Origin: Fonticula alba ATCC 38817
Taxonomy: Eukaryota > Protista > Nucleariida
DNA length: 64,000 nt
Reading direction: 5' to 3' (one strand)
Assembly: GCA_000388065.2 (NCBI GenBank)
Contig: KB932202.1
Below, in pieces: positions 1 through 10,910 of the stretch; the first letter of the stretch is position 1; every line of letters starts with the position of its first letter. Below the pieces are notes generated by a model, which had not been told where the DNA came from, made no database searches, and saw nothing but the letters and a program-made list of their open reading frames with translations. The translations under genes and the position numbers were made by a program.

Positions 1-289
1 GGGAGATGAAGCGCGCCGCAGCCCTAGCCAGCCGCCGTCGGCCAGAGTGAGGCCCCTATCATGGGAATGCCGTGGCTCCCGGCAGATGGCCCGAAAGAAG
101 GCGCATGCCGCGGGAGACAAGGACACCCGGAGGGATACAGTAGAGGAACACCGAGCGTGGGTGGTATCTTGCGACCAAGGAAGCCGCTTTTTTTTTCTTC
201 AGGCCAAGATGGGGAAAAGCAACAGAAAGGAAGGGGAAAAACAATACCGCCATCCGAGTTGCGGAAATCCGCCTCCCCGCGGACACTCT

Positions 290-873
290 NNNNNNNNNNN
301 NNNNNNNNNNNNNNNNNNNNNNNNNNNNNNNNNNNNNNNNNNNNNNNNNNNNNNNNNNNNNNNNNNNNNNNNNNNNNNNNNNNNNNNNNNNNNNNNNNNN
401 NNNNNNNNNNNNNNNNNNNNNNNNNNNNNNNNNNNNNNNNNNNNNNNNNNNNNNNNNNNNNNNNNNNNNNNNNNNNNNNNNNNNNNNNNNNNNNNNNNNN
501 NNNNNNNNNNNNNNNNNNNNNNNNNNNNNNNNNNNNNNNNNNNNNNNNNNNNNNNNNNNNNNNNNNNNNNNNNNNNNNNNNNNNNNNNNNNNNNNNNNNN
601 NNNNNNNNNNNNNNNNNNNNNNNNNNNNNNNNNNNNNNNNNNNNNNNNNNNNNNNNNNNNNNNNNNNNNNNNNNNNNNNNNNNNNNNNNNNNNNNNNNNN
701 NNNNNNNNNNNNNNNNNNNNNNNNNNNNNNNNNNNNNNNNNNNNNNNNNNNNNNNNNNNNNNNNNNNNNNNNNNNNNNNNNNNNNNNNNNNNNNNNNNNN
801 NNNNNNNNNNNNNNNNNNNNNNNNNNNNNNNNNNNNNNNNNNNNNNNNNNNNNNNNNNNNNNNNNNNNNNNNN
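290..873. other. Assembly gap. Others are at 4008-4102, 24168-24239, 32195-32219, 33542-33751, 48318-48479, 50496-50763, 56005-56110 and 58562-58985.
   Basis: Runs of N, several flanked by G/C homopolymers or (CT)n. Confidence 0.99.
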
Positions 874-1099
874 GGCAGCAGCACGAAATGGGAGGAGTTG
901 CAGCGGGGCGCACACAAACACACAGGCAACATATGTGAGCATGTGAGGGGAATAACAGCACAGGGGAAGTCCCCCGCGGTCGCAGTTTCTCCAAGGCCAG
1001 ATCAAGGGCAGGGGAGGGCATTTGCCCGCACCCCCCCCCCCAAAGGGCAGGGGAGGGGCGCGGGGGAAGGGCAAGCAGCGGGACACCGGCCGGGACCAA

Positions 1100-2301
1100 T
1101 TAGTTGGTCGGGGCAGCGGCACCGCCGAAGGCAGCCTGGGACAGCTTGAAGAACTTGGCCGAGTCGAAGATGGACGAGGCGCGGCCCCAGACGGTGCCGG
1201 CCGGCTGGGCGGCATCCAGACCAACATGCAGGCCACGGCTGCGGTAGTAGTCGATGACCGGAACGGTCTGCTTGTGGTACTCGCCGAGGCGATGCTTGAG
1301 CGAATCAACATTGTCGTCCGAGCGGTGCATCAGGGGCTCGCCAGTGATCTGTGAACGACAGAGGGGTAGGGAGGGAGGGTGAGGAGGAGTCGGCGTGTTG
1401 GCGGAAGAGACACAAGTGACATATCACCGAAGGGGAAAGGGGATACACATGTGCGCGTGCGTGTGCATGTGCGTGTGCGTACGTCATCAAGGCCCTCGAC
1501 CTTGGGCGGGGCGAACTCGACATGGTAGCTACGACCACTGGCCTTGTGGATCAGACGACCGGTGATACGGCGAACCAGCAGGCTGTCGTCGATCTTGAAC
1601 TCGACGACGCGATCGAGCTTCTGGTTACGGGTCTCCAGCAGGGCGTCGAGCTGGGGGCACCAACACGACAAGAGATGGGGTACGGTCGGGAGATGGGGAG
1701 TTGGAGAGAGAGAGAGAGAGGGAGAGAGAAGAAGAAGACAGTGAGTTACCCATGCACATCGGGAGCCATGGGCTGGGAGGAGGGAGGGGGAGGGAGGGCA
1801 GGGGCAGGCGCGAGAAGCGGACCTTCTGGGCCTGGACAACGGTGCGAGGGAAGCCATCAAGAACAAAGCCACCGCTGCACTCGGGGCTATCCAGGTTCTC
1901 AGCAATCAGCTGGACAACCAGGTCGTCGGAGACAAGGCCGCCGGCGTCCATGACCGCCTGAAGGCAAGGAAGAGGAAGGGGTGGAGACGGGGGAGAGAGA
2001 GAGAGAGAGCGCGCGCGGAGAACGGAAGGGTCAGTGTCAGGGCAAGAGTCGGATTTGGCAAGCCAGAAGCATGGGGGATCCCCGCCCCCCCGCCCCTGCT
2101 ACATCGACAGAAGGGGCGCACCTTGGCCTGGAGGCCGACCTCGGTGCCGGCAGAGACGGCCGCACGGAGCATGTCACCGGTGGCCAGGTGGCAGACGCAG
2201 TAGCGGTCCACCAGGCGAGGAGACTGAGTGCCCTTGCCGGAGCCCGGCGGGCCGATGACAATGGCGCGGATGCCCTCCTGAGTGGAGGCGGGGGCGGACA
2301 T
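1100..2301 (-). CDS. ADK: Adenylate kinase (AK2/Adk1-type); 4 exons: 2301-2122, 1957-1823, 1650-1483, 1348-1100; 243 aa
   Basis: P-loop [28 protein letters not shown] and LID-region [15 protein letters not shown] motifs. GT-AG introns join the exons in frame. Confidence 0.97.
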
Positions 2302-3492
2302 GCTGATCGTAGCGCGCAGGGCAAGAGACGGGCGTTAGGAGGGGGAAATGGGGGTGAGAGGGCAAAAGGGGGCAGCATGGCGCCGGCGGAGGAAGAAGAG
2401 GGCGGAGACGGGGAAACACCGGCAAGGCAGAGAGAGAGAGAGAGAGAGAAACACAGAGCCAAAGCGAGGGAGAGAGAGAGAGAGAGAGAAAGACGGGGAT
2501 GGTGCGAATGGCGGAGGGCAACAAAGGCGGGACCCGTACGTGGCGGAAGGAGTGGGAGGGGGGGAGGGGGAGGGGAAGAGTTAAGACATATTGTCTAGGA
2601 GGGCGCCTACCTGGCAGATCGAGGGCGGGTTCCCAACTATGTGTGCAGACAGGCGCGACACGCGAGGCGCCAGGCACCGTGGCAGAAGCCAACAAACAAG
2701 TAGGTGGACGTACGGCGAGGCAGCATGGGAGGGGGCAGGGAGGTGCAATTCACTGCCGCCGCCCCCCCCCCCCCCTGCGGACGCCTGCAATGCCCTCCTC
2801 ACTTGCACATCCGTGTGATGTGCTCTCTAGTGAACGACCAAAACGAAACTCGGGGGGACGTGGTCCTTCCCCCCCCCCCCCTCCCCCCCGACCGCCCCTT
2901 CCCCCCAGCCCCGCCTGACCCTTGCAGGAACTAGTGAATGGTGCGCATCGGCCCCCGGGTCCGGATGAAAAATCGAGCTTTGAGCGGCCCATCGGCGAGT
3001 GGTCACCCCAGCCAGCATGCCCGCCCGGAAGCAGGCTCCTTCTTGCGGGAAAAAGGGAGGGAAAGCCGGCCCCCGTTCTCCACACGACTCCGTGGAAAGA
3101 GCCGAAGGACCACACAGCAACTGCCGCTGGCTTCTTCCCCCCTCCTTGGGGGCATCCCCTCGATGTCGGGCAGAAGGGCGGCTCTCCCCTCCACCAACAG
3201 GGGGAGGAGGGAGGCCCGGCGCACGCCCATGAACGCCAGAACGACGCACCAGGCCCACCGCGCCCGGAAATGAGCGATAGCCATTAGGTTTTCTAAACCC
3301 TTTCTCCGGCCTGGGGGTTGCATTGTCTCCGCTCTCGGGAGGCCACCGAGCGAGCGCCAGCCAAGAGTGGGCGGTTGCCGCGCCCATGGCCCGGGGGACG
3401 CGCCGTGGTACGCTGTTTACTCCCGCCCCTTTTTCGCAGCGTGTCCACTGTCAGTAGCTACCCTGAACGGGCAGAAGGAGGATCAAATGGAT

Positions 3493-3527
3493 TATTTAAA
3501 TTGATCACACCCCGACATAGGTGTGAT
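3493..3527 (+). promoter_or_regulatory. TATA-like box (TATTTAAA) followed by an 8-bp inverted repeat, ATCACACC-ccgacata-GGTGTGAT
   Basis: Seen directly in an AT-rich island about 250 bp upstream of the ATG at 3778, in the divergent intergenic region. Confidence 0.45.
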
Positions 3528-3777
3528 TGTACAGCTCTCTGTCTTTTTTGGCGAGACGTCGTCGACAACGTTCCCCCGTAACTTGCCCCGCGCTCTGGCG
3601 GAGATCTGCTAGCCGGGACAGATCGCCTCGAACCCTCGCCGGCGGTCAACCCCAGGATCGGCCGCCGGCCCTCGCTCTTCGCGCCTGCTTGTCCCCCGCC
3701 CCCCCCCCTGGGCCCCGGCGTCCCGCCCCCCCCCCCCTCCCCCTACAGCCAAGAGTGTTCGCCAGCTGTCCGCCCAC

Positions 3778-6700
3778 ATGGGCTACCCCTCAGGCACCTA
3801 CCACTGTTGGGCTCTCCTCGACTTGGGCCTGCCTCTGTCCGTGGAGGCCAAAACATCCTCGTCCTGTCCTTCGCCCTGCTTGCGCTGCACATTGGCCAGA
3901 CTCGGGGCCGCTCAAACAGACACCGCGCATGCCCAACTCATGGGGCAATCTGAACATGAAGATCCAATCAGCGAAGCTGCTCCCGACGCGGACGCAATCA
4001 CAGACACNNNNNNNNNNNNNNNNNNNNNNNNNNNNNNNNNNNNNNNNNNNNNNNNNNNNNNNNNNNNNNNNNNNNNNNNNNNNNNNNNNNNNNNNNNNNN
4101 NNGACGATCACAATTGGTGCCTCCAGAGGGCTTGTGTCTCCGCCATTCTCCCCGGCTGGCTGGCCGATTGTCTTGGGTTGCGCTGGCGAAGAGAGCGGCC
4201 TGTCTGCGCACCTCAGGGGGGGACCTAGATGCCAGTGCGCTGGCGGCCCAGGGTACCACCTCCAGCATCATCCCTCCTCTCCCCCCTCCTTCCCTTCCTC
4301 TCTCTCTCTCCCTCTCTCCCCCCCTCCCTCCCTTCCTCACCCCCGGCCCAGGGATCTCCCTACACTCGATCTTCGGCCCCCGCCCCGTCTCCCCCCCCCC
4401 TGCCCATGTACCTCCTCTCTCCCTCTCCTCCTTCCCCGCATACACCTTCTCGCCTCTCTGTCCCTGCTCACTCTCGGAACTGACACGCCCTGTGCCCTTC
4501 CGCAGTCAGGTGAATGTCTCATCGAACATGGGCTCCCTACCCCCCCTCCCAGCCCTCTCTCACTCGCTGATGAGCAACAGTCCCTTTGCCAGCCGCATGC
4601 TCAGCACGGTTCCCTCGCCCTTGCAACGCTCCGAGTCGGCTCCGGTGTCCGCGTCGCCGGCCATGTCCCCTGGAGCCGGCTCGACCGAGGCCCCGACTGC
4701 CCCGGCCTCCGCCGCTCCCCTTCGGCCCCTGGACAGCCTGTTCAGCGCCCACATGCCTGCCCCGACAGATACCGCGTCCCTGGCCACCTCGGAGACCCAG
4801 AAGCCCCCTCCCGAGGCTGCCGATGTCGAGGGCGACCGCATTGTCACCGGTTCCAGCACTGTGACCCCCTCGCTGGGCCCTTTCGACCTGCTGGCCGGGG
4901 ACACTGCCGCCCCTGTGGCCCTGACGACTCCCAGTGCTGCCAATGCCCCGGCCGAGCCGGCCCCCCTGCTGGCGACTCCGACCCCGCCTGGCTCTTCCTC
5001 CGGCAGTAACAGCGCCCTCGACCAAAGTGCCCTGTCTTCCTCCTCGAACCGCGTGTCGCGCCTGTTCGCGGCGCAGCCCACCTCCACGGGCAACTCGCGG
5101 TCTGGTTCCCCCGGTCCGGCGTCTGCTTCTCTCCTCTCGGAGCCCTCCTCCGGGGAAGGCCGCTCGCTGGCCGGCGATGACAATGCCCCTCGCCCGGATG
5201 CCTCAATTGAGCAGCAGCAGCAGCAGCAGCACCACCAGCAGCAGCCGATGTCCGGCCTGGACGCGCAGCCGCCGAGCCCCCAGCCCGATGACGCCAGCGG
5301 TCTGGCGTCCCCCTCACAGACGAGCCTGGCTGCGGCCTTGACCGGCCCGTCGGGCCTTGCCAGCATCGATCTGTCCACTATGTCGGCCACTTCGCCGATC
5401 ATCACCACCACCACCATCACCGAGCCTGTTGGCGACCTGAACCAGCTGGCGGCCTTCCTGCTGCGGGAGATCCAGCAGGGACAGACGGCCTACACCCGGG
5501 ACGCCCTGTTGCCCATCTGCTTCCAGCTGTCGGATCACGCATCCACCGGCCTTCGGGACCTCTTTAGCCGGCTGCTGACCATCATGGAGGATGCCATCGA
5601 CAAGCGCTTTGCCATGGCCAACCAAACCACCCTGGATACCAGCATCCCGCTGGCAGACATCCAGCGGTCCACCAAGCGCCTGCAGGAGGACAATGTTCGC
5701 CTGGCGACCTCGCTGTCGGCCATTCAACAGGCTTTGCAGGCCGGCAGTGTCACGGCCGGCAGCGACCAGCAGTTCGACATGACCGAAGCGGCCACGGGCT
5801 CGACCATGGCCGACATCATGGGCAAGTTGGAGGCCCTAAGCACGCATGTGACCGACCTGCGCAATTCGATGGCCGACCATAGCCGGCGGATTGACTTCGT
5901 CACGTCCAAGCTGTCGCCCATCATTTCCCCGGGCAGCCAGTCGCCACTGGGGGACCTGTTCCGTCGCGCGGCGACCGACGCCGTACCGGCTGATGCTCCG
6001 CTCGATCCGTGGACCGGGGCGTCCCTTCCGCGGCAGGGCGGCCCTGCGGTGGTGCCTGCCCCGCTGAGGGAGTCCCTGGCTCAGACGCAGCAGCCCCCCT
6101 CGACAATGCGTGCCGCCGCTCCGACTACCCCAACCGCTGATGCTGGCGTCGGCGGGCATTCTTTCTTCTCGAGCCCGGCCATCCGGTTGCTCGATGAGCT
6201 GGCCCGGCGTCGGCCGGCCGCTCTCTTCCTGGACACCTTTGTCCAGGTCTTTAATGACCCCCAGAATGGCCACATGCGGCCGGCGCTGCTGTTCCGGTAC
6301 TTTGGCGAGGAGGATGCCGAGGATGATGGATCCATCGCGGTCGGGGACGAGCCGATGCAGCTTCACCTGTCCCCTGGGCAGCTGCTCGGTTTGCCGGCTG
6401 ACTGGGCCTCGCTCGAGGAGGTGCCCAAGCAGGCTCCCCCCTCGCGCTCCCTGCGTCCGGTGGTGGCCATCCTGTGTGGCGGCTTGCCGAGCCTTGGCCC
6501 GGATCGCGCGGTGCGTACACACCGCCACTTGCCGCCTGGCGGCCTTCCCCAACAACCTGCATGCGCGCCGCGTGTATTTTCTCGCCCCCCTCCTCTCTCT
6601 CTCTCGCCCTGTCCTTCGCCTTCTTTTCCCTCCCTTGCCCTTCACACAGCCGACAAAGATGCTAACCTGGCCACTCCGCGTGACGCCATGTGTCCGCACG

Positions 6701-6891
6701 CACTCCCTTGTCATGATCTCCAGGCCGCCTGGTTGGCGCCGATGGTCGCCATCATTGCCCGCCGGGGGGACCCGCGGCCGCACGCCCTGCACGCCTTCTG
6801 GGCCAGTATTCTGCCATTGATCGCGGCAGACAGCGCCCTGTCGGACTCGCTGGCCTATGTGGAGCAGCTCATCCGAGTGGCCATGCAGTGA
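3778..6891 (+). CDS. Uncharacterised protein: Ser/Pro/Ala-rich region, central coiled coil and helical C-terminus. The 5' exon structure is uncertain because of the gap at 4008-4102.
   Basis: Open frame 4507-6510 with typical C/G third-position bias. There is a branch point and acceptor at about 4480/4505, a phase-0 GT-AG intron at 6511-6723, and a final exon AAWLAPMVAII...IRVAMQ*. Confidence 0.7.
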   Translation: MGYPSGTYHCWALLDLGLPLSVEAKTSSSCPSPCLRCTLARLGAAQTDTAHAQLMGQSEHEDPISEAAPDADAITDXXXXXXXXXXXXXXXXXXXXXXXXXXXXXXXXXRSQLVPPEGLCLRHSPRLAGRLSWVALAKRAACLRTSGGDLDASALAAQGTTSSIIPPLPPPSLPLSLSLSPPLPPFLTPGPGISLHSIFGPRPVSPPPAHVPPLSLSSFPAYTFSPLCPCSLSELTRPVPFRSQVNVSSNMGSLPPLPALSHSLMSNSPFASRMLSTVPSPLQRSESAPVSASPAMSPGAGSTEAPTAPASAAPLRPLDSLFSAHMPAPTDTASLATSETQKPPPEAADVEGDRIVTGSSTVTPSLGPFDLLAGDTAAPVALTTPSAANAPAEPAPLLATPTPPGSSSGSNSALDQSALSSSSNRVSRLFAAQPTSTGNSRSGSPGPASASLLSEPSSGEGRSLAGDDNAPRPDASIEQQQQQQHHQQQPMSGLDAQPPSPQPDDASGLASPSQTSLAAALTGPSGLASIDLSTMSATSPIITTTTITEPVGDLNQLAAFLLREIQQGQTAYTRDALLPICFQLSDHASTGLRDLFSRLLTIMEDAIDKRFAMANQTTLDTSIPLADIQRSTKRLQEDNVRLATSLSAIQQALQAGSVTAGSDQQFDMTEAATGSTMADIMGKLEALSTHVTDLRNSMADHSRRIDFVTSKLSPIISPGSQSPLGDLFRRAATDAVPADAPLDPWTGASLPRQGGPAVVPAPLRESLAQTQQPPSTMRAAAPTTPTADAGVGGHSFFSSPAIRLLDELARRRPAALFLDTFVQVFNDPQNGHMRPALLFRYFGEEDAEDDGSIAVGDEPMQLHLSPGQLLGLPADWASLEEVPKQAPPSRSLRPVVAILCGGLPSLGPDRAVRTHRHLPPGGLPQQPACAPRVFSRPPPLSLSPCPSPSFPSLALHTADKDANLATPRDAMCPHALPCHDLQAAWLAPMVAIIARRGDPRPHALHAFWASILPLIAADSALSDSLAYVEQLIRVAMQ

Positions 6892-8712
6892 GGGGGGCGG
6901 GCAGGCAAGGGGGTGGGTCTGAGTAAATGTGGGCGCCGCCGCATGTGCATACAATACATCCCCGTCGCTGGTGTGTCTATGTGTGTCGTGCGTGCAAGTC
7001 CTCAAGCAAGCCGCAGGGGTGGGGGCGGGGGAGCCACGGCCACTTTGAGGCCTGGCTGCCGCAGTGGCTACCTCCCTCGCGAGCTTGCTTGGCGTGCGCC
7101 TCCCCCCCCCCCCCCCCCCCCCCCCCCGGTCCCCAGTCGCCCGCCTTGGGCCGTTCCCCACATATGTTCCCTCGAAGATCTATCTGGTCCTAAAGTGCCT
7201 CATGGGCTCCGTAGCAAGGAAAGTACCCTGCTCCTGGATTCTCTTTCTCTCTCTCTCTGGGGGCCCCCCCCCCCCCCCCCCCCCCTGACTTCCCTCCTTG
7301 TGACTGGGAGGGAGAAATATAGATGTCCCCATCCTCCCCCGCGTGCCCATGTTGGTGTGCCGTGCGTATGTTCCCTTGTTGACGCGGTTGCTGTTGCGAC
7401 CCCGTCTCCTCCGGTGCCCTTCTTCTGTGTCGACCTCCCCCCCCCCCCCTTGAACTGTGTGAGCCCCCAGATTGACCCTGCCCAGGAGATCGGGCCCGGC
7501 CCCGCGGGCGCACCAAAAGTCCCACCGAGGGCTCGGCTTGCTCGCGGGTCATAGGGCATGCTCACATGCTCTATCGATAGAAAGTACTTTCGCCTAAACC
7601 TAAAGACGACGTATTCGCAATCGAATTGCCGAAAATCCCCTTGTCAGCGGGGGGGCAGAGAGCAGAAGTTGAACCCTAATATTCGGGCCAGGCGGGCTGC
7701 CTGCTCTCGGGTGTGCCTGGGCATATGTGGGCCTTTTTTTTTTTTTTTTCGATGGGTGTGTGCGTGTGCATGTGCATGTGTAACTTCACGCCCGCCAGAC
7801 GGTGTTGCCCGGTGTCAGGGCCTGTGACCGGGCTACCCCCGGTTCCTGGGCCAGCTCGTCCTGGACCCTCTCCGTCCAGAGGAGGATCTCCCGTCGGGAT
7901 TGATCCTCCGAACCACTTACGCGGGGCGGGGTGGAGGGCGAGAAAGGGGATCACCACATGCTCGGCTGGCGCGGGGCGATATGGATTCACGTTCCCCCCC
8001 TGGAAACACAGAGGCATTTTCCCCCGCCCTTGTCCCCGGCCTGTTCCTCTCCTTCAAAGCCTTTCTGGGGAGGGGGGGGTGGTGGCAGCCATGTGTCCCG
8101 CGACTCCAGGATACGGGAGGGAACGATGGGCCTCAAATAATAGGGTCGCCCCCAGGGCCGAAGAGATGTCCATGCGAGCTCGCCCCCCCCCCGCCCTCCC
8201 GCTCCTTCCACCCATGCTCAGGTGCTGGGGGGGGGTAGGCGGGGGAGGGGGGACGGGCACTCCCTCGCATCATGGTTTTAGCACGCCCCCAGGCCCTGGG
8301 AAAAGGCGGGATTTACGTTTCCCCAGACCTAGGGAACATCCCCCCCCCCGCAAGGGGCGTGTCTTGGCAGGGCCGAGACTCCAGTTTCGTTTCCCGCAGG
8401 CAACCGACCGACCGACCTCACGCCCGGGGTTCCGGCCGACCGATACGAAAGGCTTTTCTCAGCCCCAAGAACCGCTGCCCAGGCCACCCTCGGGCCAAGC
8501 AACACCAGTCCTCCTCTCCCCCTCCTCCTTTTGCGACGACTGCCTCTGTTGTATGCCCCACACGCTCCTCCCTCCCCCATCCGTCCCTCCCCTCCCACTC
8601 CTGCTCCTGTCGTCTGTCTTCTCTCCCTCCCTTCCCTCCTTCTCTTCACCCTCCCCCCCCCCTCATCCCCCTCCTCCTCTTGCCCGCTGACACGCCCTTC
8701 AGCCCCCCAACC

Positions 8713-10112
8713 ATGTCCAGCGCCAACAACCCGTCCGGCAAGGCGGGCATGTCCTCTTCGGTCGCCGCCTCGGCCGGCTATGCCTACCGCTTCGCCAAGG
8801 GTAACAACCTTGCTTTCGGTCTCCTCGGTATCCTGGGTGCCGGTATCTTCGGCGGCTACAAGCTCCTGAACGCCTCCATGTTCAACAGTGCGCCCGTGTC
8901 ACTCTCCCTTCCCGTCCCTCCCCCCCCCCTTCACCGCCTTTCCTCCTTTCACTTTCTCCGGGCCGGTCCGACCCTCTGTCCACTTACCGTGTCCCTCTCG
9001 CGTCCGTCTCTTTCCACGCGAATGCGCCCATCCTCCCCTCCCACCTCCCCCCGCCCCCTCGCCCGCAGTTGATGGTGGTCACCGCGGTGTCAAGTTCAGC
9101 CGTGTCCATGGTGTCGTGGATCATGTCTACACCGAGGGTACCCACTTCCTGATCCCCTGGCTCGAGAAGATCACCATCTACGACGTTCGTGCCCGCCCCC
9201 GTCTCATTTCCTCGGTCACCGGCTCCAAGGGTACGCGCCGCCCGTGGCCACGTGTCGCGCTCTGCACATGCGCTGATTGCGTCGCCTACACCACCACCAC
9301 CACCCCACGCATGCGTCTTTATCTCGCCCCCTTGTGGTCGCTTGCTTACATCCCGATAGATCTCCAGATGGTCAACATTTCCGTCCGTCTGCTGTCCAAG
9401 CCCAATGTTGAGGCGCTCAACCGTCTGCACAGCACTCTCGGCCCGGACTACGATGAGCGTGTCCTCCCCTCGATTGCCAACGAGGTCCTCAAGAGTGTTG
9501 TCGCTCAGTTCAACGCTAACCAGCTGATCGTCAACCGTGAGACCGTCTCTTCTCTGGTCCGCAGCGCCCTCATCAACCGCGCTCGCCAGTTCAACATCAT
9601 TCTGGATGATGTCGCCATCGTACGTGCTGTGCCCGGCCGGCACCATTGTCGCCACCTCCTCCTCTCCTGCTTTGGCCTTCCTCCCTTTCCGGCTCGCCCC
9701 GCCACACACACACGCACAGCCTGCTGACGAATCCGCATACACGCGCGCGCGCGCACACACACACACACAGACCCACATCACTTTCTCCCCCGAGTTCACT
9801 CGCGCCGTCGAGATGAAGCAGGTCGCCCAGCAGGATGCCGCTCGTGCCAGCTACATTGTCCAGCAGGCTCAGCAGGAGCGCCAGCAGATTGTCATCAAGG
9901 CTCAGGGAGAAGCCGGCGCCGCCAAGATGGTTGGTGAGGCTGTCAAGAACAACCCCAGTTTCCTGGAGCTCCGTCGCATCGAGGTCGCCCGTCAGATTGC
10001 CGAGGCCCTGCGCAACTCCTCCAACAAGGTCTACCTTGACTCCAGCACTCTGCTGCTCAACGTCAACCAGGGTAGCGATCTGTCCGCCTTCGAGAACCGC
10101 AACTCCAAGTAA
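8713..10112 (+). CDS. PHB2: Prohibitin-2; 4 exons: 8713-8887, 9069-9230, 9360-9619, 9771-10112; 312 aa
   Basis: SPFH motifs [56 protein letters not shown] and VYLDS..LLLNV. The exons splice in frame. Confidence 0.96.
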
Positions 10113-10670
10113 GGAAGCTGCTCCTGCTTCCCTCCTCCGATCTCTCCTCCTGCCCGCCCTCTCCTATTGGGTCAGAGGAGGCGAGGGGGGGAGGGGGGAG
10201 GGGGGAGGCCGACTGGCACCATGCACCGTTGCTCTCCCTCTCCTGCACCCATGCCCTAGATTCTCGCTCGTTTGCACGTGCGCGCTCGCGCGCCTATGCC
10301 CCCCTCCTCCCTTGCCCGCTGCCTGCAACCGCGACAATCCCCGCGCCCACTCGCGTTCGCACACGCGCGCCGCATGTCCCTCTCCTCCTGCCTTGCCCAC
10401 CCTTCTCTGCGAGAGAGACACCATATGTGCGTGGTCCCTCTTGCCACCTCCCCCCCCCCCCCCCCCCACGGTCCCCCTGCGAGGGGGGCGGGCCGTCCTC
10501 CTGACACCAGATCATATACTGATGTGCTTGCCCTCCCTCCTTTCATCGCTTGTCCGACCGCGGCGCGGGGGACAGGCTGCGCGGCGAGTGTGCTTTCCAC
10601 CGCGGGATTGTCCCGGTCCTTCCCCCTCGCGTGCACGTTTCTACGTGTGCGGGCCGCTGTTCTTTCCTTC

Positions 10671-10676
10671 AATAAA
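10671..10676 (+). terminator. Candidate polyadenylation signal AATAAA for PHB2
   Basis: Canonical hexamer about 560 nt after the PHB2 stop, in otherwise GC-rich sequence. Confidence 0.45.
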
Positions 10677-10910
10677 TACTCATCACTTCACATGGCGGCA
10701 CACGGCCCACGGTATCGGCGCGCGGGGCATCGCCCAATTGGGGAAAAGCAAAGCACAAAGGGACGGGGGAAAATATATTACAAGGACGAGGGGAAGGAGG
10801 AGAGAAAGGGAATACAGTGTAAAGGAGGAGGAGGGGGGGGGGGGGGACGAAAGAGGGGCGGAACCACCCCCAAGAGGGGGGAGAAGCAAAACGCCTTTCG
10901 GCCATGCCCG

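Noticed and set aside
24-1099. Long ORFs spanning N-runs (also at 33422-34275, 50218-51073, 58218-59456)
   Set aside because: These are artefacts of translating through assembly gaps.
6511-6723. Read-through of the in-frame segment as coding (as in the 1037-aa ORF)
   Set aside because: It has a GTGCGT donor, CT-rich tract, CTAAC branch point and CAG acceptor at phase 0, so it is better explained as an intron.
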